In this document: piece by piece, positions 10,855 through 21,015 of the stretch | How the letters are laid out: each line of letters begins with the position of its first letter | Position numbering within the stretch: position 1 is the stretch's first letter | Origin: an uncultured delta proteobacterium | GTDB lineage: Bacteria > Myxococcota > Myxococcia > Myxococcales > Myxococcaceae | Reading direction: 5' to 3' | Assembly (NCBI GenBank): GCA_963771175.1 | Contig: CAVYSY010000026.1 | Span: 352,001-416,000 of the forward strand | DNA: 64,000 bases | Program-made: the position numbers and the translations under genes | The notes under the pieces: generated by a model | Told to the model about the DNA's origin: nothing | The model's input: the letters and a program-made list of their open reading frames with translations, nothing else | Database searches by the model: none

Positions 10855-11559
10855 ATGTCCCGCACCATCGTCATCGGAGACCTCCACGGGTGTTACGACG
10901 AAGCCCTGGAGCTTCTCGACCGCGTGGGCGCCACCTCGAGTGATCGGATCATCTTCACGGGTGACCTCGTCGACCGAGGCCCCAAGCGCCGCGAGTGCGT
11001 CGAGCTGGCCATGCAGCACGAGTCCATCCTCGGCAACCACGAGGAGAAGCACCTGCAGCAGCGCCGCCGCAAGGACGCCGACCTCCTGCCGGATCATCTG
11101 GAGACCCGGCAGGTCCTCGGCCCCGAGCACCTCGAGTACTTCGCCACCCTGCCCCACTTCATCCGCCTGCCCGAGCACAACGCCGTCGTCGTCCACGCCG
11201 GAGTGCTGCCCGGAAAGGCCATCGAGGAGCAGGACACCTATCACCTGCTCCATGCCCAGTGCGTGAGGCCCCCGGAGCGCAAGAGCTTCTGGCCCTCCAA
11301 GGCGCCCACCGACTACCGCTTCTGGACGCACCACTGGAAGGGCCCCGAGCGCGTCATCTTCGGGCACACCGTGTTCGACCGGCCGCTCGTCACCGAGCAC
11401 GCGGTGGGCATCGACACCGGGTGCGTCTACGGCCGCTCGCTCACGGCGGTGGTGCTCCCCACGTGGGAGCTCGTCTCGGTGCCCGCGCGCCAGACGTACC
11501 GGGGCGGCAAGGACGTGGCCCTGCTCCCGGTCCACGGCGATGTGAACGTGTTCTCGTGA
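10855..11559 (+). CDS. Calcineurin-like metallophosphoesterase (PPP/ApaH-like)
   Basis: GDLHG, GDLVDRG, GNHE, HAG, FGHT and IDTG motifs; AAGGA RBS. Confidence 0.9.
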   Translation: MSRTIVIGDLHGCYDEALELLDRVGATSSDRIIFTGDLVDRGPKRRECVELAMQHESILGNHEEKHLQQRRRKDADLLPDHLETRQVLGPEHLEYFATLPHFIRLPEHNAVVVHAGVLPGKAIEEQDTYHLLHAQCVRPPERKSFWPSKAPTDYRFWTHHWKGPERVIFGHTVFDRPLVTEHAVGIDTGCVYGRSLTAVVLPTWELVSVPARQTYRGGKDVALLPVHGDVNVFS

Positions 11560-11627
11560 GCTGACCCCGGCCGACAGGGACCTTCGGTGACCTTCGAGCG
11601 CGAACCGGCATAGAATCCAGGGAGCCA

Positions 11628-12383
11628 ATGACTGAGAGTTCGGACAAATCCTCCCGGGATGACGATTCCTCGATGGACACTGGCGATTCCCAGCCCAGTT
11701 GGCGGCTCCGAGGGCCGCTGCAGGATTTCCGGATCGTCAGGAGGCTCAGCCGGACCGGGGAAGAGACTCATGAGAGCGTTCCCGGGATCTTGCTCGTGGC
11801 CGAGCTGGATCGCTGGCTCTCCTCCGTCTCCAGCAGAAGAGTCTGTCACGAGTTGTACGAGGCCGTTACCGGCATGGGCTCAAGCGACCTCTTGCTCTAC
11901 CAACGGTCAGACCGACCGGAGCAGATCAGGCGTCGCCTGGCGAAGGCTTTTCGCGACGGCGAGCTGCTGGCCTTGCCGCTCGGGCCCCCTCGCATCCGCT
12001 CAGGCGGTGGGCCGAAGTCTGCGGGCACTGCCCCCGTCCTGGTCCCCCGACTGCCCGACAGCATGGCGGTGGACAACAGTGCGCCCGAGGAGCAGAAGCC
12101 GAAAGAAACGAAGGCGGACGAGAAGGAAGCCGAGCTGTCGTGGGTGGCCTTCGAGCTCGTCGACGAGGATGGCACACCGATAAGCGACGTCCGCTACCGC
12201 GTGGTTCTCCCCAACGGAGAGGTGCGCGAGGGTACGCTCGATTCCCAGGGCCAGGCGATCATCGAAGATATCGCCAAGGGCACGTGCAAGATCTTCTTCC
12301 CTGACCTGGATGACAGCGATGAGTCTCAGGGCGGCGAATCCGAGAGCGACGAGTCCGACAGCGGCGAAGAGGACGACCTGTAG
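11628..12383 (+). CDS. Hypothetical protein with a C-terminal transthyretin/carboxypeptidase-regulatory-like domain
   Basis: C-terminal WVAFELVDEDGTPISDVRYRVVLPNGEVREGTLDSQG pattern and an acidic tail. Confidence 0.55.
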   Translation: MTESSDKSSRDDDSSMDTGDSQPSWRLRGPLQDFRIVRRLSRTGEETHESVPGILLVAELDRWLSSVSSRRVCHELYEAVTGMGSSDLLLYQRSDRPEQIRRRLAKAFRDGELLALPLGPPRIRSGGGPKSAGTAPVLVPRLPDSMAVDNSAPEEQKPKETKADEKEAELSWVAFELVDEDGTPISDVRYRVVLPNGEVREGTLDSQGQAIIEDIAKGTCKIFFPDLDDSDESQGGESESDESDSGEEDDL

Positions 12384-12425
12384 CCAGTTCTCTCTCGTCC
12401 CAGCGCCAGGGCCCGCGGCAGGCGC

Positions 12426-12575
12426 TCAGGCGGAGAAGATGAACAGCCGCTTCTTGACGACAATCTTGACCCAGGTCTCGGTCTGGGCCTTCAGGCCCGC
12501 GGTCGCGAGCTTCTCGCGGGAGACGGTGACCCGCTTCTTCTCCGATTCCGTTGCCTTGGGTTTCGAGCGCGCCAT
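12426..12575 (-). CDS. Small basic hypothetical protein (49 aa)
   Basis: GAGGAG RBS upstream; MARSKPKATESEKKRV...; codon use typical of a GC-rich genome. Confidence 0.45.
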   Translation of the reverse strand: MARSKPKATESEKKRVTVSREKLATAGLKAQTETWVKIVVKKRLFIFSA

Positions 12576-13010
12576 GGTTGCGTCCTGCTCCTCTTTGGTT
12601 CCTTGACGAATCCTGCCGTGCTTCGCTCCGGTGGGGAAGCCCCAGGGGCTCGGCTCGCCCGGAACGCATTGCCACGCGCTACGGCGCGAGCCACGGGCGC
12701 TGTCGCCAGGTGCGCGGCGCCGTCGTACGCTTCTCCCGTTCCTTCGCAATCTCCCCATCCGTCAGCCAGGGGATTTTGTCGGGGTACTTGAAGGCGAAGA
12801 ACTCGAAGTCATCCTTTCCCAGCGCTCCGGGGCGACCTGCGCTGCAGGGGCGCGGGACCTTGGGCACCTCAGCTTCGGAGTGGAGCGCCTTACGTCCGGC
12901 GGCGGGTTCGATTCCCGCCTCCACCAGCAGCGTGGCGTCAGGCAGGGTGCGGTCCCCCGCTTTTTGAAGGCATTCTCTACCGAGGGTAACCGGGGCAAGC
13001 CCACGGATCT

Positions 13011-14627
13011 TCAGGCGACATCCGAGGCGAGTGCAGTCCTTCTCACCGGGCTGACGCCCGCGGCGCCCACCCCGAGCTCGGCGGCGAGTGCCTCCAGGGC
13101 GGCGGGAGCGATGCGCGGATCCTGCCGCAAGTGACCCAGCGCGCGAGCCGATTCGGCCGCTCCGGGCTCGGCACTCTGCACCTGGACGACGAAGGCCGAT
13201 GCGCACAGCAGGGCTCTCGCGGCACACCCCGCGGTGGAGGCGGAGTCGCGCCCCGCGAGCAGCACGGCGGAGAGGATCTCATTCACCTCCGGGAGCGCAC
13301 CGCCCGCCAGGGTACGCACGCGCGAGAGTGTGGGGAGGATGAAGCGCCGGGGCTCCTCCAGCCGCGCGGCGAGCGCGAGCGTGCGGGCCGCCGTAACGGC
13401 CAGCATCTCCTCGCCATCACCGCCGCCCAGGTGCGCCACACAGCGGCGCGTGAGCCTTACCAGCAGCGGAGCCAACGCCGCGCTGCCTCCAATCAAACCC
13501 AGGGCCTCGTCGAGCAACCGCGCGTGACAGTCCTCGATTCGCGCGGGCAAGGGCCGCACGGGCGCCTCCACTCGCGCCACGGGAGGCTCCTCGAAGGCCG
13601 CGTCCGGAGGAGGTGGAGGCTCCACGGGGAGCAGCACCGGCGGAGGACCCGCGTGGCTCCGCTTGCCTGGCTCCGTCCGAGCAACGGGGAACAGCACGGG
13701 CGGACGCAGTGGGGTCCTGTCGCAGAGAGAGAGCTCCTCGCCAGCCGCACCGGCCAGGTCCTCCGAGAGAATCGAGCGGCGCTCGGGGAAGATCCGGGCG
13801 AAGAGACTGGCGATGTCGAGCTGGTCCACGCAGAGCTGACGCTCCTCGAGGAAGCGACGCAGGATGTCCGAGAGCTCGCGCGCCGAACGGAGCCGGGCCT
13901 CGGGATCCGCTGCGAGGGCGCGGAGCAGCACGGTCCAGAGCGACGGCGGACACCCGGGCAGCGGCTCCAGGCCGCGCTCGTCGAAGGCGCCGATCTGCTG
14001 GACGACCTGGGGAGAGTCCTCGAAGAGGGGCCGCCTGGCGAGCAGCTCGTAGAGGATCGACCCGAGGCGGAAGACGTCGCCGCGGGCCTCCACGAGGCGA
14101 CCTCGGGCCTGCTCGGGCGTGAGGTAGCGGGGCTCGCTCCGGACCCCCCCCGGGTCCACGAGCTTCACTTCACCAAGGCTGGAGATCCACACCAGGGAAG
14201 GCTGGAGGCCACGGTGGCCAGAGCGTGCGCGATGCAGATGGGCGAGGCCCTCGGCCACCTGCTGCACAATGAAACACACCTCGCGCAGCCCGATCGCCCC
14301 CCCGCGCGCCCCCACCTCATCCAGCAGGGAGTGCAGGTTCTCTCCGTCCACGAGCTCCAAGACCCGGCAGGGCTGGCCGTTGCTCACGCCCGTGCCCAAC
14401 ACCCGCACGACATTCGTGTGCGGGAGCGCGGCGGACGTCCTGGCCGAGCCCAGGAAGAGCTCGACGAAGATGACATCCCGCGCGGACTCGGGCAGCAGGC
14501 GCTCGATGCACACGGGCATCTCCGCCCCCTCGGCATCCACCGCCTTACCGAGGAGCACCTCGGCCACGGCGTTTCGCGACAGCGTCCGAACGATGCGATA
14601 GGTCCCCACGAGCGCCCCCAGCCCCAC
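13011..14627 (-). CDS. Ser/Thr protein kinase-like protein, probable pseudokinase
   Basis: Hanks fold (HTNVVRV, ELVDGENL, YLTPEQARG, DVFRLGSILYELL) with degenerate catalytic motifs. Confidence 0.75.
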   Translation of the reverse strand: MGLGALVGTYRIVRTLSRNAVAEVLLGKAVDAEGAEMPVCIERLLPESARDVIFVELFLGSARTSAALPHTNVVRVLGTGVSNGQPCRVLELVDGENLHSLLDEVGARGGAIGLREVCFIVQQVAEGLAHLHRARSGHRGLQPSLVWISSLGEVKLVDPGGVRSEPRYLTPEQARGRLVEARGDVFRLGSILYELLARRPLFEDSPQVVQQIGAFDERGLEPLPGCPPSLWTVLLRALAADPEARLRSARELSDILRRFLEERQLCVDQLDIASLFARIFPERRSILSEDLAGAAGEELSLCDRTPLRPPVLFPVARTEPGKRSHAGPPPVLLPVEPPPPPDAAFEEPPVARVEAPVRPLPARIEDCHARLLDEALGLIGGSAALAPLLVRLTRRCVAHLGGGDGEEMLAVTAARTLALAARLEEPRRFILPTLSRVRTLAGGALPEVNEILSAVLLAGRDSASTAGCAARALLCASAFVVQVQSAEPGAAESARALGHLRQDPRIAPAALEALAAELGVGAAGVSPVRRTALASDVA

Positions 14628-14756
14628 ACCTGCCCGTCTCCCCGAACACTCTCGGGGCCGGGCAACCTGGGCATCGCTAGGAAGCTAGGAAGCTCGCCTG
14701 GACCGGCACCCCGCCCTGAGGTTGGGATTGCCCGCCTTGCAGTGGACATCTCCCGC

Positions 14757-15185
14757 CTAGGGCGCGGTCATGAGGCCCAGCACCTTCGCGCCTGCCGACT
14801 TCGCCCCGTCGAGCGCGGCCACCACCCTACCGTAGGGAGCGCGATCATCCGCCGTGAAGAACAGGACTCTGTCCTGCACGGGCATGGCGGCAAGGATGCG
14901 TGTCAGGCGCGGGACATAGTCCGCCTCGCTGACGGGCTCGTTGTTGAGGGTAAGCAGCCCCTCGGGGCTGATGGCCACCACCACCTGCTGGGTCTCTCGT
15001 GGCGCCTCGCTCGGCGTCTCTTCCTCTGTCAGAGGGAGCTTGACGTCGATGTCCTTCTCCATGAGCGGTGTCACCACCATGAAGATGATGAGCAACACGA
15101 GCACCACATCCACGAGAGGGGTGACGTTGATGTCCGCGTTCGCGTGGCCTTGAGGAAGAACGAAGGCCTTCTTGTGGGTGCGCAT
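14757..15185 (-). CDS. exbD: ExbD/TolR family protein
   Basis: INVTPLVDVVLVLLIIFMV TM motif; ADDRAPYG. Confidence 0.88.
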   Translation of the reverse strand: MRTHKKAFVLPQGHANADINVTPLVDVVLVLLIIFMVVTPLMEKDIDVKLPLTEEETPSEAPRETQQVVVAISPEGLLTLNNEPVSEADYVPRLTRILAAMPVQDRVLFFTADDRAPYGRVVAALDGAKSAGAKVLGLMTAP

Positions 15186-15198
15186 CGTGGACCTCCCG

Positions 15199-15618
<420 letters not shown>

Positions 15619-15798
15619 GAGGGTCCGCGCTCCTTCGTGAGGGGGAGAAAGCAAGACCACCGTACGCGGCCACACGAGGGCGTTGGCCGGCATGCCCTCA
15701 TGCTTCCGTCATGGTTTCGTCATCTCCGCCGACCTGTCAGGAATGAGGGGCCGCCACGTCCCTTCGCGCAGAACGACTCGCGCCCAGCGGAGGGGCAC

Positions 15799-17567
15799 AT
15801 GACCACCCAGAACCAGACCACCCCCACGCTCCCCGAGGCCCAGCGCGGCCCGGCGGAGAAGCTCCTGGACCTCGTCCTCGGGGGCTCCGCGCACCTGTGG
15901 CACAACCGCCCGGGCCTGGACGTGAACGGCGTCTGGCACCCGGCCCAGGCGGCGAAGCCGGACCTCGTCCGCCGCGGCACCCCGGTGAAGCCCGGCCTCT
16001 TCGTGCCCGCCGCGGTGAAGCTCTACGGCCAGCTGCTGGACATCTACCGGCTCAACACGGACCTGATGGCGCACTTCGCCTCCTACGCGCTCACGCAGAC
16101 GGACTGGCGCGATCTCAAGGTGGCCACCTGCGCGCTGATGCTCGTGCAGAGCCACTCCGGGCAGCCCGTGCGCGAGGACGACGGCTCCATCGCGTTCCAC
16201 GACGACGACTTCCGCGCCATCGGCGAGGCCATGCTCCTCCACTACGAGCGCAAGTCCACGCGCATGCTCACGCCCAAGGCGGTGCTGCGGGTGGCCGAGC
16301 TGCTCGAGACGCCGGAGATCGCCCGCCTCAACCGCGAGGCCGGCTTCGGTGACCCCGCGTCCCGCAAGCCGCCGCTCGGCCGCTGGAAGCGCGTGGCGAC
16401 GAAGTGGCTGCGGCTGCGCGAGCAGAACCTGCCCATGCTCCAGGGCCTGGTGAAGGCCGGCTACAAGGAGACGCTCAAGAGGATCGCCCGCAAGGCCGGT
16501 TACAAGCCGGTGTCGCAGGCCTTCTTCGAGGTGCTCGGCTGGAAGCAGAAGCAGGCGGCCGCGGGCCACCGCTCGGTGGGCCTGGAGGGACTCAAGCTCG
16601 TCAAGCGGGAGCGCTTCGACGGGCTCTCGGAGGCGGAGATCTGCGAGTGGATCGAGCTGGAGCGCCTCTCCTACAAGGAGGTGGTGGGCCGGCTGCCCAA
16701 GGACCTGGGCCTGACGCCGGCCATCATGGCGGCGCTCCTGCCCTCGCTGTCGGACCGCGACTTGCGCATGCTGACGCCCACGCTCGAGGAGCTGGGGCTG
16801 ATGTCCGACCCCGCGATCCGCGCGCGCTGGGAGAAGGCGGTCGCAGACGGCGACCGACCAGCGCGCGCTCCACATCGCGAAGAACGTCCGCAGCCAGGAG
16901 CTGAAGGCGAAGCTGGAGGAGGCGAGCGACAACGCGGCGAAGGCGGCGGTGGCGGAGGCGACGGCCGAGACGGACGTGAGGGTGATGTTCCTCATCGACA
17001 AGTCGGGCTCCATGGAGGGCGCCATCGAGCAGTCCAAGGAGGCGCTGTCGCGCATCCTCGCCGGCTTCCCGCTGGAGAAGCTGCACATCGCGTCGTTCGA
17101 CACGATGGGCACGGTGCTGAAGCCCAAGGCGGCGAGCCGGGCGGCGGTGCAGCACATGCTCGCAGGGGATTCAGGCGTCGGGCGGCACGACGCACGCGGC
17201 CGGTGTGCATGCGCTGCACCGGGCGGGAGTGCGGGTGCCGGAGGAGGCGAAGCTCGTCGTCATCGTCGTGGGTGACGAGGCCGGCGAGGCGGGTGACCAG
17301 TTCGCCCGCGCCTTCCGCGAGTGCGGCTACAGCGTGGCCGCCATGGCGCTGCTGGTGAGCGTGGCCAGCACGCGGGGCAGCACCGTGCGCACGTGCGCGG
17401 CGCAGCTCCGGGTGCCGTTCAGCGAGGTGCAGGTGGACCAGTTCGAGGACCCGTACCAGGTCCCCCGCGTGCTCAAGGCGCTGATGGACGCGCCGACGGC
17501 GACCGGGGCCAGCCAGTCCGGCTGGGTCGAGCGGGTGATGCGCACGCCGCTGCTGAAGGTGGCGTGA
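15799..17567 (+). CDS. vWA domain protein with a large helical N-terminal region (possibly TROVE-like); frameshifts near 16850 and 17170
   Basis: GGAGG RBS; C-terminal vWA with MIDAS FLIDKSGSM and IVVGDE. Confidence 0.75.
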
Positions 17568-17583
17568 GAGAGGAGTGGGTGTC

Positions 17584-18575
17584 GTGGACTACCGGAAGTT
17601 CCTCGGGAAGGTGGAGTCGGCGGTGCTGCCCTACTTCGGCGGCGCCTCCGTCGACGCGGCCTCGCGGCGCCTCCGCGTGTCCACGCCGCCCGCTCCGGGC
17701 TGGTGGCGCTTCGACGTGCAGGGGCGCACCGCCACCGCGCGGGAGCCGGCCGAGCCGGAAGGGCTCGACGGGCTCCCGCTCATTCGTGGACATCTCTGGG
17801 GCTCGCGGTTGGTGCGCGAGGGCGCGGTGGCCGAGCCGGTGAAGCTCCTCCCCGAGGAGGAGCCGCCGCGCTTCTCGCCGCTGCGCGCCCGGCGCTGGCA
17901 TGACGGGACGCTCGTCTTCGAGGGGCTCGACTTCGAGGGCGAGGCCGAGGGCACCGCACGCCTCCTGTTGGAGGAAGGCCGGGCGCTCGCGGAGGTGAAG
18001 GCCGTGCCGGCGTCGCTGCGGGCGGCCTTCGGTTACGCGGTGCTGGAGGGTGCCTCGCGCGCGCTCGGCATCCGCTTCTCCCCGGTCGAGGTGCGTGGAC
18101 AGGTGCTGTCCGTGTCCGAGGGAGGCCGTCCCGCGGCCGAGGCCCGGCTGCGGGCCCTGGCCGCCGAGCGCGAGGCCCACGTGCGGGCAGTGGAGGCACG
18201 GCCACGGGCGCGTGGAGGTCCAGCGGCAGCGGGCGGTGGAGGAGGTCCGGCTGCAGGCGGAACTGGCGCGACTGCGGAGCCAGCCGCGTCACCTGCAGCA
18301 GCAGGCGCAGGGGGCCGTGCGGGTGGAGCGGGCGTTGGAGGCGGCGGGGGCGCGGCTGCTCGACACGCGGCGGCTGGGGAGCGAGCGGCTCGAGGTGACG
18401 TTCGGCTTCATGGGCGAGCGCTTCATCAGCATCGTCGAGGCGAGACACGCTGCAGGTGGTGGACGCGGGCATCTGCCTCGCGGGAGCGGACCGGGAGGTG
18501 ACGCTGGAGAGCCTGCCGTCGGTCATCCGCGAGGCCATCGAGGACGACGTGCTGGTCATCACCCGGCACGCGTGA
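17584..18575 (+). CDS. Hypothetical protein with a C-terminal DAGICL motif (candidate E2-like); frameshifts near 18200 and 18443
   Basis: GAGGAG RBS; reconstructed C-terminus is TLQVVDAGICLAGADREVTLESLPSVIREAIEDDVLVITRHA*. Confidence 0.65.
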
Positions 18576-18585
18576 GGGCCTTCCC

Positions 18586-19048
18586 ATGGACAAGCGCGAG
18601 GTCTGCCTGCTCATCGGCCGGGACGGGACGGTGCTGTGGAGCGATGCCTCGGACAGTCCCGTGCTGGCTGCCGGACTCGCGCGCACGCTGGGAGGCCATC
18701 TGGCGGCTGCGCGACGAGCTGGAGGAGATTGCTCACAGCCACCCGGTGGGACCGCTGGGCTTCAGCGCCGAGGACGAGACGACGATGGCGGCGCTCACCG
18801 AGGCGCTCGGACGGCCAGTGCGCTTCTCGGTGGTGGCGCCCGACGGCATGGTGGTGCGCGAGGACGGTCGAGACTTCATCGTCACCGAAGAGCCCGCCTG
18901 GGCCGGACACATGCGGGCCGACTCCGGAATGAGCTCCCTCGACCATCCGGCGGTAACCGCACCTCCTCTCCGCCCTCCAGAAGGTGACACTCGTCGGTTC
19001 GACGGAGACTTCTTCGAGGCGCATGAGCCGGTAGGATGCGGCGCGTGA
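18586..19048 (+). CDS. JAB/MPN+ (JAMM) metalloisopeptidase; frameshift near 18667
   Basis: N-terminal Glu (REVCLL) and an exact HxHx7SxxD motif: HSHPVGPLGFSAED. Confidence 0.8.
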
Positions 19049-19308
19049 GCGCGAACGAGCACGACGATGAGGGACGGACGGATCGCTGGCAGAGCCTCGT
19101 GACAGGGGCCTTCCTGCTCGAGGAGTCGCTGAAGGCAACCCCTCCCCCGAGTGACACACGGCCCCCCAGAGCGCTCGCGGTGAGCTACCTCGACAGCGTG
19201 CTGGAGGTGTTCCCCTCCAGCGTGGACCCGGTCGAGGACTTCGAGGGCTACGCCATCCGGCGGATGGCGCTCGCCCTGCGCCGGGCCCTGGAGGAGAGCG
19301 GACGCTGA
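19045..19308 (+). CDS. Small hypothetical protein coupled to the JAB gene
   Basis: GTG at 19045 overlaps the JAB TGA; acidic/helical, 87 aa. Confidence 0.55.
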   Translation: MSANEHDDEGRTDRWQSLVTGAFLLEESLKATPPPSDTRPPRALAVSYLDSVLEVFPSSVDPVEDFEGYAIRRMALALRRALEESGR

Positions 19309-19324
19309 GCGCTCCGGGCCGGGC

Positions 19325-19985
19325 TCACACCGGACGGAGCTCGGAACGGTAGCCGCCCTGCTCGACGGGAGGCTGGGTCCCGAGCTTCTGCTCGACGGCC
19401 TTCACGCCGAAGGCGCTGGGGTCGAGCTGGTCGCGGCCGGAGAAGACGCCGCGGGCGCGGCCCAGCAGCCACCCGAGGCCCTTCACCGCATCCCGGAGAA
19501 TCCGGATGGGCGCCGCGCGCGACATGAGCGGCGGGCTGAGCTGGTCGAGCTCCTCGCCCTTCAGGGTCATCTCCTTCACCCCCACGCCTTGCGAGTACAC
19601 CATCTCCGCCGCCCAGCCAGCCGGTATAGGAGGCGAAGGCGAACGCGCCCAGTCCCAGGAGGGTGGAGAGCAGAGAGGGACGGTGGCTCGCCCGCCATGT
19701 GGCGACCCCGAAGGCCCCCAGCACGATGACGACGTTGCCGAGCCCGTGCAGGAACATCATGTCCTTGGAGTGCTTGTCGGTCTTCACCTCCTGGGAAGCG
19801 GCCATCCCGGCCAGACCCGCGAGCAGCCCGCCCGCCGCGACGCTCCACCACAGCGTCCGGCCCGCCCGGTCCAACCTCCGGTCCTGGCTGAACGTCGCCG
19901 CCAGGTCGACGATGACCGTGGACGGCAACAGCGCCAGTGGAGCGTGAATCAACATCGGGTGCAGCTCGTGTACGCGCGTTTCCAT
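19325..19985 (-). CDS. DUF2231-like membrane protein (frameshift near 19605)
   Basis: HELHPMLIHAPLALLP, HGLGN and YTGWLGG motifs. Confidence 0.7.
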
Positions 19986-20177
19986 GGGCTTCCTCCTCGT
20001 CCAGGGAACCTTGGGGCACGCGGCCCCACTGGCAACCCGCCCGCCTGTCCGTCGGGAGTCACGGTTCCCGACGGAGGAGCATCCGCGGGGGAGGGCAGGC
20101 GAGGCGGCAGCCCCCTTGTCGGGGAGGACGGGCGTGGGCAGACCCCGGGCACGGGCGCGCTGCCCCAGGAGGGCTCG

Positions 20178-20394
20178 GTGAAATCCGCGGGGCTGATGCT
20201 GGTGCTGGCGGGGCTCGTCCTCGCCGTCGTGGGGCTGCTGGTGTACTCGGGCGCGCTGTCCTGGTTCGGCCGCCTGCCGGGCGACCTGCGCTGGGAAGGC
20301 GAGCACACCCGGCGTCTACGTCCCGCTGACCTCGATGCTGCTGCTCTCCGTGCTGCTCAGCTTGCTGGCCTTCGTGGTGCGCCGGCTCCTCTAG
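20178..20394 (+). CDS. DUF2905-like small membrane protein (frameshift near 20310)
   Basis: WFGRLPGDLR...YVPLTSMLLLS. Confidence 0.75.
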
Positions 20395-20516
20395 CTCCAG
20401 GGCCTCGCGATGCGCGCGTGCATTCGTCGTGTGGAGTTCACTCGGCGCCGACAACACTTGGGTGCTGGCGCACAGTGACTAGGCTTGCACTCGCTCACCT
20501 TCAGGAGGAGCACTGG

Positions 20517-20999
20517 ATGACGAACGAGTCACGCCCGCCGCAAGAGGCCGAACAGCAGAACACGGCCGAGCTGATGGCCCCGCCCACCACCCCTTCCATG
20601 GGCCAGCGCCCCGCCTCCGTGACGCCCACGGGCCGGGCCGGTGCCCGGCGGAAGATGGGCAAGACGGGGCCGGCGGCCAAGAAGGGCCGCACCGTCGCGA
20701 AGCGCAAGCCGGAGAAGAAGCGCCCCGCCAAGCAGGCGAGGGGGGCGGCGGCACGCAAGACCACGCGTGCTGGCGCGACCAGCAGCTTCCGCAAGAAGGA
20801 GGGCTGGAAGTCCGAGGCCACGGTGGGCGGCCGCAAGCCCTCCGCCTCGCAGAAGAAGGGCCCCACCAAGAAGGCAGGTCCAGCCCGGAAGACCGTGGCC
20901 CGGCGCGCCACCGCCGCCAGGACCGCCACCGGGCGAGGCACGGCCGCGAAGCGCACCACCGCGAAGCGCACCACCGCGAAGCGCACCACCCGCCGCTAG
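20517..20999 (+). CDS. Lys/Arg/Ala-rich histone H1-like basic protein
   Basis: AGGAGG RBS; low-complexity K/R/A/T sequence ending in three AKRTT units. Confidence 0.6.
   Translation: MTNESRPPQEAEQQNTAELMAPPTTPSMGQRPASVTPTGRAGARRKMGKTGPAAKKGRTVAKRKPEKKRPAKQARGAAARKTTRAGATSSFRKKEGWKSEATVGGRKPSASQKKGPTKKAGPARKTVARRATAARTATGRGTAAKRTTAKRTTAKRTTRR
20946..20990 (+). repeat. Perfect 15-bp tandem repeat x3 (GCGAAGCGCACCACC)
   Basis: Directly visible; encodes AKRTT x3. Confidence 0.9.
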
Positions 21000-21015
21000 G
21001 CGCCCTCCCCGCTCC

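Noticed and set aside
12780..12926. Complete tRNA (e.g. Sec) or tmRNA gene
   Set aside because: No matching 5' acceptor strand or anticodon arm was found upstream of the T-arm.
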